Origin: Cytophagales bacterium
GTDB taxonomy: Bacteria; Bacteroidota; Bacteroidia; Cytophagales; Microscillaceae
Assembly: GCA_004293905.1 (NCBI GenBank)
Contig: RDZE01000021.1
Coordinates: 28,769 to 92,768, forward strand
Reading direction: 5' to 3'
Length of the DNA stretch: 64,000 nucleotides
Of this stretch, positions 28,065-36,300 are shown in pieces. A program made the translations under genes and the position numbers. Below the pieces are notes generated by a model. The model was not told where the DNA came from. It searched no databases and saw only the letters and a list, made by a program, of their open reading frames with translations. Position 1 is the first letter of the stretch. Each line of letters begins with the position of its first letter.

Positions 28065-28979
28065 TTAGTTGATGATTTTATCTCTTATTTTGATAGAGGT
28101 TTTTAGGATATTATCTAAATCTTTATCTGTAAGATTGATTTTGCTAGAAGTGTTGTCTTCTACGATTAGTATACCATTTTCTTCTTTTGTTACAGTAGGC
28201 TCTTCAGATTGGCTAAATTCTATTTTTACATTGTTATATATTTTTTGTAACTCTCCAAGTTCATTTCTTAGCTCTTTGATTTTAGCATTTTCTTCTTCAT
28301 AAAATGAAAGTAATAGCATTAATTGGTCTAAGATAATTTTTTGCTCTCCTATTCTATTGTTAAGCAATTCATTAGGTGTTTTTTTAGCTACTTCGCAAGT
28401 GATATAGAGCATTTCGAGCCATCCTCCTGTTACGATGAGGACTGTTAAATCGGCACGTTCTCTTTTTTGTAAATTTTCGTTGATTCTTTCAAGGTTAAGG
28501 TTCGTAACGATGAGTAAAGAGTCTAAATTATTGCTATTAGTGGCTAATTCTTTGATGGTGTTGAAGTCAAAAAATTCACCGATTTGTAAGCCATCTGCCA
28601 TTTTTTTGATAGAGTTCAAGAAGTAAAGCGCATCTTGAGTTTGGGAGTAGATATTGGAGTAGCCCAAATCAGCACTGTATACGCCCAAGTTAAGAGCCTT
28701 TTTGAAGTCAGTAGTATAGCTTGCGGTTTTATCTGTTGAGTTCAACAAGCCTTTATTATATTGAATTCCTAAATCTTTGATAAGGAAAGAAATTTCAAGG
28801 GGAGAAGGAATAGAGCGTACTATATCAGCGAGCACGTCTTTTGAAATGGGAGGGTTATCAGATTTGTTTTCTGTATTTTCTTTGTTGTCAGTTCCGCTTT
28901 TTTTAGAATTTTTTTTAGAGTCGCCTCCGCAAGCTCCTACTAAAAGGGCAACGATGAATAAAAATGCTAACTTTTTCAT
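28065..28979 (-). CDS. Hypothetical lipoprotein
   Basis: 304 aa. Signal plus lipobox MKKLAFLFIVALLVGACGG, a Lys/Asn-rich linker, then a largely helical body. It lies 15 nt downstream of the ABCG-like gene. Confidence 0.55.
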   Translation of the reverse strand: MKKLAFLFIVALLVGACGGDSKKNSKKSGTDNKENTENKSDNPPISKDVLADIVRSIPSPLEISFLIKDLGIQYNKGLLNSTDKTASYTTDFKKALNLGVYSADLGYSNIYSQTQDALYFLNSIKKMADGLQIGEFFDFNTIKELATNSNNLDSLLIVTNLNLERINENLQKRERADLTVLIVTGGWLEMLYITCEVAKKTPNELLNNRIGEQKIILDQLMLLLSFYEEENAKIKELRNELGELQKIYNNVKIEFSQSEEPTVTKEENGILIVEDNTSSKINLTDKDLDNILKTSIKIRDKIIN

Positions 28980-28994
28980 ATATACAAATTGTTT

Positions 28995-31900
28995 TTATTT
29001 GTTTATTTTTTTAGATTTAATTTTATTGAAAGAAATTTTACTTGTAATGTTAGATAAATTTTTTACCGCATCATAGTACAGTGTAATATATAATAGTATA
29101 GTAAAAAGCCATATTACGGTTAGGTTGTAGTAATAAGTATCAAACAAAAACCCTGCAAAATGCTTTTTGGGCGCAAGAAAATGAGTGCGATAATCATACC
29201 AACCTTCCGCATCGGAGGGTTCGTGGTAGATAGGGTCTATCATTTGTACTAATTTATCATTGCCTTCTATAAGACCATTGAGTAAAGATTCTTCTTTTTT
29301 TACAAGCCTCGCAAGTTCTAAGTTAAAGTATTGCGCTTTGAGGTCGTCATAGGTAGAGTCTGCTTCTTTGAATTCATCGTAGATTTTATCGCGTTCTTTG
29401 GCGGCATTGTTCATTTTTTTGGTAGCGTCTTTGTCTACTTTATCTAAGTAGGTTCTGATACGCTCCGCAATTTTTTCGTTGAATTTTTCTTCTGTAATAT
29501 CTTCTTCAGGGTTGATGCCTGTGAGGTATTTTTTGTAATCTTCTTTACGATTGAGTTCGTTTCGGAGTATTCTAAGGTCTTTTTCGTATTTTTTCTGTAC
29601 CGAATCTTCCCTTTTTTTCATTTGTTGATTTTTGACTAAATCATCTACCTTGTTTTTTAGGTTAGGCACCCAATATTTGGTAAGTACACGATTGATGCTT
29701 TCTTCTTTCTCAAGGTCGTAGTAGTCTATTTCGTAGTAGTTGTGTCTGAAATTATTGACGGCTATAGCTTCGTAAGCCCATCGCGATACCATAATGTCAG
29801 CCAAAAGGGGTACTTTGTCTTTATCAGCAATTACTTGGTTCATTTTATCATATTTGAAGATGATACCACTCATAATCATTTGAGGTATAAGCAACAAAGG
29901 AATCGTGATGTAAATAGTTACTACGGAATTGAAGGTAGAGGAGATATTCAGTCCTAACATATTAGCAAAACACGATACTGAGAAGAGTACTATCCAATAG
30001 TTCATCAATTCACCATCTATACTTAGTACGCTATTGCCTATGAGCACAAAAGTAAAAGTTTGGATGGCTGAAAGTGAAAATAAAATAAAAACTTTTGAAA
30101 CGAGGTAGGCGGCACGGCTTAAATTAAGGAAACGTTCTCTTTTTTGTATTTTTCTATCTCTGATGATTTCTTCCGCGCTGACTGTAAGCCCCATAAATAG
30201 TGAAATGATGATACAAATGAGCACATAAGCGGGGATATTGTCGTTGTACATAAAATTGTATTTTCCTTCTTCCTCGGGGTCGTTCTGAAAACGAATGACA
30301 TAGGAAAGTAAAAATGCCAACACAGGTGCTTCTAATAAATTGATAAGCATGTATTGTTGGTTACTTATCTTAGAAAGAAAATCGCGAATGGTAAAGATGA
30401 ATGTTTGTATTATCAACGAGGGTAGTTTGATAGAGGTTGGGGGTTTTTCGTTGATGGTTTCTACGGCTTCGAGCGATGGTTCTATATTTTGTTTGTATTT
30501 TTCATTCCAACCTTCGGGCGATATTTTTCTTTTGTTAGTGTATTGCCCGTATTCATTTACTACTTGTCTTTCTAAGAGGTTGAATACTTGTTCAGGGTTA
30601 AGGTTGCTCTTGTCGCCTTCTACTTGGTTGGTTTCTTTTTTGAAATAAGTGATGGCTTCGAGTGGGTTGCCATAGTATACAGGGTATCCGCCTTTGTCGA
30701 GGATTACCATTTTATCGAACATGCGGTATATCTCAACAGAGGGTTGGTGTATTACTACGAAAATGAGTTTTCCTTTGAGTGAAAGCTCTTTGAGTAAGTC
30801 CATTACATTTTCAGAATCGCGTGAGGAGAGTCCAGAGGTGGGCTCATCTACAAAAAGCACAGCGGGTTGTCTGATGAGTTCAAGGGCTATATTAAGGCGT
30901 TTTCTTTGCCCTCCGCTTATTTTTTTATTGAGTACATTCCCTACTTTTAGGTCTTTGATGTGGTCTAAGCCTAAATCTCCTAATACATCTATGACGCGTT
31001 CGTCTATGTCTTTTTCGCTCATATCGCCAAAGCATAATTTGGCATTGTAGTAGAGGTTTTGGTATACGGTTAATTCTTCTATGAGTAAGTCGTCTTGGGC
31101 TACATATCCGATAACGCCTTCTACTTTTTTGCGGTTTTCGTGGATATTGATGCCATTAATGAGTACTTCTCCTTTGGAGGGCTTCTCTATGCCTGAAAGT
31201 ACATTGAGTAGGGTTGTTTTACCTGCGCCACTACCTCCCATGATGCCTACTAATCTGCCTTGTGGCTCGGAGATGAATACGCCTCTTAGCCCTAATGCGC
31301 CATTGGGAAATTTGAATTCTATGTCGTTGGCTGTAAAAGAAACTCTGGTATCTAAGTGGCTTTCTAAGAAAATACTTGTTACATCGCTATAGTATACAGC
31401 CCTTGCTTGTTGTGTTTTTATGGAACTTCCGCTAGGGTATAAGTATGTAATTTGGTTTTTGAGAGGGAAGCCATTGAGCATTGGCAATTCTTCGCCAAGG
31501 TATTTAACGAAATAAATATCGGCAGATTTTACGTGTAGAAAAACGATATTTCCTTCAAGTTCTGGTACAATGAGATGTTTGAAGGCAGTTACTTCAAAAG
31601 GTTTTTCTTTGGAGGCAACTAATATGGTACTATGGTTAAAGTCGTATATTTGTGTGGAAAGTACGAATCCTTCTATGGCTTTGTACTCTTCTTTGTCGAA
31701 GTTAAATGCGCTTGATACGGTATCTATGATTTCACGTCTTTGTTTGCTGAAATTTCCGTCTGAGGCTACAAGTTCTAATAGTTTTACTACGATAAGTACT
31801 TTTTGCCCTTGCTCGAGTTCGCTATTGATTTGTTTGCAATAGTTTAGTATCTTCACCGATTCTTTCATTGTGATTTTATCGGGTCCGGGTTTTCCATATT

Positions 31901-32066
31901 CAGCTACTTGGTCATAGAGTTGGCTATAAGTGTTAATGGAATCTTCGTCTAATTGTTCTCTGAAATAATTCACTACAAAGTCTCTTTCGCGGGCAGTAGC
32001 ACCGCCTGCTTGTTTGGTGATAATTCCAAAGAGATTTGTTAATGCTTTTAATATATTTTCACTCAT
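28995..32066 (-). CDS. ABCG/ABC-2-type transporter fusion: TerB-like N-domain + unassigned beta-rich segment + NBD + 6-TM permease with a long coiled-coil insert
   Basis: 1023 aa. aa 1-135 are TerB-like (LLELVASDGNFSKQRREIIDTVSSAFNFDKEEY). The NBD has GGSGAGKTTLLNVLSG, ISGGQRKRLNIALEL, LFVDEPTSGLS and VIHQPS, which is the White/ABCG signature set. The ABC-2 permease covers aa ~550-775. aa ~780-970 are K/E-rich coiled coil, followed by a last TM helix (aa ~976-1000). Confidence 0.8.
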   Translation of the reverse strand: MSENILKALTNLFGIITKQAGGATARERDFVVNYFREQLDEDSINTYSQLYDQVAEYGKPGPDKITMKESVKILNYCKQINSELEQGQKVLIVVKLLELVASDGNFSKQRREIIDTVSSAFNFDKEEYKAIEGFVLSTQIYDFNHSTILVASKEKPFEVTAFKHLIVPELEGNIVFLHVKSADIYFVKYLGEELPMLNGFPLKNQITYLYPSGSSIKTQQARAVYYSDVTSIFLESHLDTRVSFTANDIEFKFPNGALGLRGVFISEPQGRLVGIMGGSGAGKTTLLNVLSGIEKPSKGEVLINGINIHENRKKVEGVIGYVAQDDLLIEELTVYQNLYYNAKLCFGDMSEKDIDERVIDVLGDLGLDHIKDLKVGNVLNKKISGGQRKRLNIALELIRQPAVLFVDEPTSGLSSRDSENVMDLLKELSLKGKLIFVVIHQPSVEIYRMFDKMVILDKGGYPVYYGNPLEAITYFKKETNQVEGDKSNLNPEQVFNLLERQVVNEYGQYTNKRKISPEGWNEKYKQNIEPSLEAVETINEKPPTSIKLPSLIIQTFIFTIRDFLSKISNQQYMLINLLEAPVLAFLLSYVIRFQNDPEEEGKYNFMYNDNIPAYVLICIIISLFMGLTVSAEEIIRDRKIQKRERFLNLSRAAYLVSKVFILFSLSAIQTFTFVLIGNSVLSIDGELMNYWIVLFSVSCFANMLGLNISSTFNSVVTIYITIPLLLIPQMIMSGIIFKYDKMNQVIADKDKVPLLADIMVSRWAYEAIAVNNFRHNYYEIDYYDLEKEESINRVLTKYWVPNLKNKVDDLVKNQQMKKREDSVQKKYEKDLRILRNELNRKEDYKKYLTGINPEEDITEEKFNEKIAERIRTYLDKVDKDATKKMNNAAKERDKIYDEFKEADSTYDDLKAQYFNLELARLVKKEESLLNGLIEGNDKLVQMIDPIYHEPSDAEGWYDYRTHFLAPKKHFAGFLFDTYYYNLTVIWLFTILLYITLYYDAVKNLSNITSKISFNKIKSKKINK

Positions 32067-32099
32067 TTTTATTCAGAGCTTTTGAGAGATTAGATAATG

Positions 32100-32131
32100 A
32101 AAAAAAAGCTAAGATGTTGAGTTATCTTAGC
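32100..32131 (-). terminator. Strong intrinsic terminator after the SiaC-like gene
   Basis: 8-bp stem gctaagat (32108..32115) / atcttagc (32124..32131) with an 8-nt loop. It is followed on the minus strand by TTTTTTTT (plus-strand a-run 32100..32107). Confidence 0.8.
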
Positions 32132-32177
32132 AAGAAGTTTTTGGGTTATAGCGAAAGCTATTTCGGTTGGTAAAAAA

Positions 32178-32546
32178 TTAGTATGACTTGAATTCGAAGG
32201 GTACTTCTACCAATTCAGAGAATTCAGTTCCTGCTTCTTCCATATCTTCATCGTCTTCGTGGTAGTACCAAGTGATAGTAGTACCATTGATTTTTTCTAA
32301 TTTGGAGAGGATATCTAAGATAAGTTTAGAGGAAGCTGTGTTGAAGTATTCCAATTTGAAGATAAAGTTGGTTTCTTCGTTGGCTTGTTTGGAATATTCT
32401 TCCAACCATTCAAGAACGGGTTTGTAGAAATCGGCGGCATCTTCGGGTAGGGAGCGACCTGAGATTTCAAATATACCGTTGTTTTTGTCTAATATTATTT
32501 TGGGCGTATCTTCGGTGCCTTCTAAGTTAATTACATCTAACGACAT
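32178..32546 (-). CDS. SiaC-family regulatory phosphoprotein (DUF1987)
   Basis: 122-aa acidic protein. TPKIILDKNNGIFEISGRSLPEDAADFYKPVLEWL and EYFNTASSKLILDIL blocks are typical of DUF1987. Confidence 0.75.
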   Translation of the reverse strand: MSLDVINLEGTEDTPKIILDKNNGIFEISGRSLPEDAADFYKPVLEWLEEYSKQANEETNFIFKLEYFNTASSKLILDILSKLEKINGTTITWYYHEDDEDMEEAGTEFSELVEVPFEFKSY

Positions 32547-32609
32547 TGCTATACAAGATTTAAGTTGTAAAGATTTAATTCAGTTGCAAATATAGTATTT
32601 TTTTGGGAA

Positions 32610-33176
32610 TTAGTCATCTTTTCCAGATTCTTTGGTACGAGGTACTATAGTTTTTAGTGAAAAAAATGAAATTCTGTTATTGATAGGTTCGAAATCGAAC
32701 TGCAGTTTTTGTCCTGATTTTCGTGCCATATCGATGAAGCCTAAGCCTGCTCCGCCTTTCGGGGAGATATCGCCTGTTTTGATAATATCTTTATAAAGGG
32801 CTTTTAGTCCGTCTTTATCAAGGTTATTGATGCGCTCTATTTTTTCGTGCAATATGGCGACTTTGTCGTTTGAGACGGGATTGCCTGAGGAGATGACATA
32901 CATATCTTCTTGTTTTCCGACCATAAAAATAGCGCTGTTTTTCCCTCTGTAGAGGTCGTCATCGACTTCATCGGAGTGTTTGACGATGTTTTGTAAGCAC
33001 TCTACCATTACATTGAAAACTTTACGTTTGATGCTTGCATCTTCACCTATAGCATCCATGTTTCTTTCAGCCATTGCTAATACGGATTTGGTAATTTCCT
33101 GCGTAAATTCGCCCTCATATACTAATATGAGAGAGCGGTCTAGCATGGTTTTGTGCAACTCATAGATGTACTTCAT
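32610..33176 (-). CDS. SiaB-family protein kinase (GHKL-fold, anti-sigma-kinase-like)
   Basis: 188 aa. N-box-like VMVECLQNIVKHS and G-box GGAGLGFIDMARKSG. The size and its position between a PP2C gene and a DUF1987 gene match the SiaB pattern. Confidence 0.7.
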   Translation of the reverse strand: MKYIYELHKTMLDRSLILVYEGEFTQEITKSVLAMAERNMDAIGEDASIKRKVFNVMVECLQNIVKHSDEVDDDLYRGKNSAIFMVGKQEDMYVISSGNPVSNDKVAILHEKIERINNLDKDGLKALYKDIIKTGDISPKGGAGLGFIDMARKSGQKLQFDFEPINNRISFFSLKTIVPRTKESGKDD

Positions 33177-33180
33177 ACTT

Positions 33181-33216
33181 GTTGAACTTTTAGGTGTAAA
33201 ATAAGTTGAACTTTTA
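33181..33216 (-). repeat. 12-bp direct repeat (plus GTTGAACTTTTA; minus TAAAAGTTCAAC) x2 immediately upstream of the SiaB-like start
   Basis: Copies at 33181..33192 and 33205..33216 (24-bp period). The proximal copy ends 4 nt from the ATG at 33176. Confidence 0.6.
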
Positions 33217-33346
33217 TACTTAATTATTGAATAAAATTTATTTAACTAACTAACTACCTTTTAGCAAGGGCTTTGGGTAATTTTCTTTACTTTGCTGAAA
33301 TTGTTGCTAATTACTATATTTTTTTTTTAAAATCATACAATTTTAT

Positions 33347-36300
33347 TTAAAATTTTGCACCAATCACTAATATATCGTCCGTTTGTTTTGTTTCTCCTTT
33401 CCAACTTTCAAATGCGTCATCTAAGATGTTGTGCATTTGGTCAAATTTACCTTTTTTGATGCCATCTAAAATTACTTCTCTCATTTTTCTTGGGGAGAAT
33501 TTTTTATTATCTGCGCCTCCGAATTGGTCTCCGTATCCGTCAGAAGAAATATAAAAAGAGTCTCCTTTTTCTATTTGTATGATGTGGTTTGTAAACCCAT
33601 CTTTTTTCTTATAGTGTTCTCCACCTCCACCAACAGGCATTTTATCTCCTTTTACTTCCTCTATTTCTGTGCCATTATTTTTGAAGAAGAACATGGGGCG
33701 GTGCGCGCCTGCATATTCAAGTGTATTTTCTTGTAGGTTTATTTTACAAAGTGCAATATCCATTCCATCTTTTGTAACTGCCTCTGGAGAGTCTTGTTTT
33801 AGGGTTTTTGCCATCTCTACGTCAAGAAGATTGAGCACATCGCTGGGGTGTATTGCTTTACCAGAGTTGAGTACGTTGTTGATGGTAAAGAATCCAATGA
33901 TTGAGATAAGGGCACCTGGTACACCGTGTCCTGTACAGTCAACGGCGGCTAAGTAAATATCATCGTCTTTTTTGAAGAACCATGGGAAGTCTCCTGAAAC
34001 CACATCGCGGGGTTTGTATAAGATGAATGAATCAGGGAGGTAGTTTTTCAGAAAACTTGCACTAGGGAGTATGGCTTCTTGTATTCTTTTGGCGTAGTTG
34101 ATACTTTCTGTAATTCTACGGTTGGTTTGTTGTACTGCGAGTTCTATGAGTTTGCGCTCGGTGATGTCGTGTGATACTAAGAGTATAGATTCTATGGCTT
34201 GAGTTTCGCTGTATTCGGGTATGGCATTGACTTGCATGATGTGTTTTTCTTTGTCAGTGATGGGAAAATCCATCTCAAGACTTACTTTTTCTTTTTTCTC
34301 CACGATATCGTCAATGATTTCTTTCCATCGTTTGATAATTCGCCCATCTAAAATAATATCATCAATGCGTTTTCTGATGTATTCTTCTTTTCTGATGTTG
34401 GTCAGTCTTTCTATAGTAGGGTTGATGTAGAAAATTGTACCATCTGTACTGAGTCGGGTGATGAGGTCAGGTGAATTTTCAGAGAGAGCTTGCATTTGTC
34501 CTCTCATTCGGGCTTCTTTTTCGGCGAGTCTTCTTTCGGTGATATCGCGCGAGTTCACAACTATACCTTGTATGGCGGGGTCATTGAGTAGGTTAGTACC
34601 TGTGGCTTCGAGCCATACGCGACCTGCGATTTTGGATTTATAGTTGATTTGTATGGTTACTTTCTTGTATGGTTCGGCTATCAGTGTTGCGAACATGGTT
34701 TTGAAGGCTTGCTGACCTTCAGCATTCATATACTTGAGGTCTTGTATGCCTATCATGTCTTCTACGGTATAACCCAATATTTTTTCTACGGAGGGGCTTA
34801 TTTCTCTGATTTCTCCTGTTTCTTTGTATATGGTGATGATTTCAGAAGAGTTTTCAAGTAAGATGGCTGTTTTAGCGTTCGCAATTTGCACTTTTTCTAC
34901 TTCTGCTTCTAGTCGTATGTTAGTGAGTTTGAGTGTTTCTTGCGTTGATTCCATTTCTTCGGCGTTCTGCGTCAATATTTGTTGTTGGTATTGTAGGCTT
35001 CGGCTCATTTCTTGGGATTCGTCAAGCAGTTTTTGGGTACGTTCTTGTACTTTTATGTTGAATACTGTGCGTGCAATGATTTCGCTTACTTCTTCTACGA
35101 ATCGTACATCGCGAGAAGAGAATTTTTCGAATCCTGCAAATTCTAATACTCCTAATACTTTTTCTTCTCTATCTACCAGTGTGATGAGTGGTGTGATGAG
35201 TAGGGCTGTGGGTTTTCGGTCGCCTAATAAACCAGAGGTGATGGTTATGTATTCGTCTGGTATTTCGGTTCTTAGGATTGTGTCTTGCTCTGCTACGGCT
35301 TGTCCTATTAGTCCTTCTGCAAATCGGAATTGTGCTTTTATGTATTTTCTTTTATTATAGGCATAGCTTGCGTTCATTTCTATGAGTACGTCTTGTGCGT
35401 CTTGCTCTATAGAGTTAAGCGTGTAAAAAGCACCTTGTACGGCATTGATTTTTCGGCAAATGTACTCTACTACAGCTTCCCCGAGGCTTTCTATGTTGTT
35501 TCGTTCGCGCAAGATATCACCTATTTCTGCACGTCCTACTACTATCCAGTTTCGTTCTTCGTCTTTCTTTGCGGCTTGTTGAATGCTATTGCGCATAGTA
35601 AGTAAGGCTATAGCAAGTGCATCGTTTTCGCTGGAGGGGTGGAATTGTGCATTGAAATCACCTTCTCCTATTTTGTGTGCAAATTCGGCTGTGTTTTTTA
35701 GATTTGTTACTAATTCGTTAAGTAGTTGGCTCATTTCTCCAAATTCGTCTGCTGTACTTTGTTCAAGTTCTTTGGGCAGTACTCCTTGTGAGAGTAGTTC
35801 GATGGTATCTTTGAGTGATTGTAGGGGTTCGATGAGTATTCTGGAGAAAATAACGCCTATGATGACAGAGATAATGATTACTACTGCTCCTGCGATGAAG
35901 AACACATTGCGGAGGCGATAGGAAGGTGCGTATATTTCGTTGTTATCTACTTTTACAATGACCCCCCAATTTACTTCGGGTATAAAACGCCAAGTAGCCA
36001 ATACTTGCTCGCCTCTGTAGTCAGTGCCTGTGGTGTAGGTTTCGTATCCATATCCTCTTACGGCTTTGTCTAAAAACTCACTTTCGCCTACAACTGCATA
36101 TTTTTTGAGAGCAGCGTCTTTATCTTCCTTGAGTGGGTTGAGGTAGGTGATTTTATTTCCGTATCTTTTGATGAGCAATATTTCGCCTGTTTTTCCTAAT
36201 CCGAGCGTATCACTGGCTATTTCGTAGATATAATCCATCGTTACTTCATAGACAATGAGCCCTAATATTTGTCTGGTTTTGTCAATGACGGGTGCATAAA

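Noticed and set aside
31332-31649. Calling the beta-rich N-terminal module of the ABCG-like exporter an FHA domain
   Set aside because: Only the distal NG...L..G.-like part is reminiscent of FHA. The conserved G-R and S-x-x-H core residues are not evident by eye. I left it unassigned pending profile search.
33243-33260. Short TAAC x3 tandem (taactaactaacta) in the phosphatase/SiaB-like intergenic gap
   Set aside because: It is a trivial microsatellite-scale repeat with only three units. There is no evidence of function.
34943-34966. NAEEMEST in the phosphatase coiled coil as an MCP-type methylation site
   Set aside because: It fits only EE-x-x-S-T. It fails the fuller [A/S]-x-x-E-E-x-[A/T/S]-A-[A/S/T/G] consensus at several positions. 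I keep it only as a hint within the CheR/CheB finding.
34824-35360. 178-aa plus-strand ORF, and similar long antisense ORFs (e.g. 54300..54722, 51151..51594, 50122..50490, 35583..35921, 13708..14040)
   Set aside because: Each lies antisense to, and wholly within, a gene with strong family motifs. The products are Ser/Leu/Cys-rich or poly-Phe, as expected from the reverse complement of coding DNA in an AT-rich genome. No independent start-site or motif support exists.
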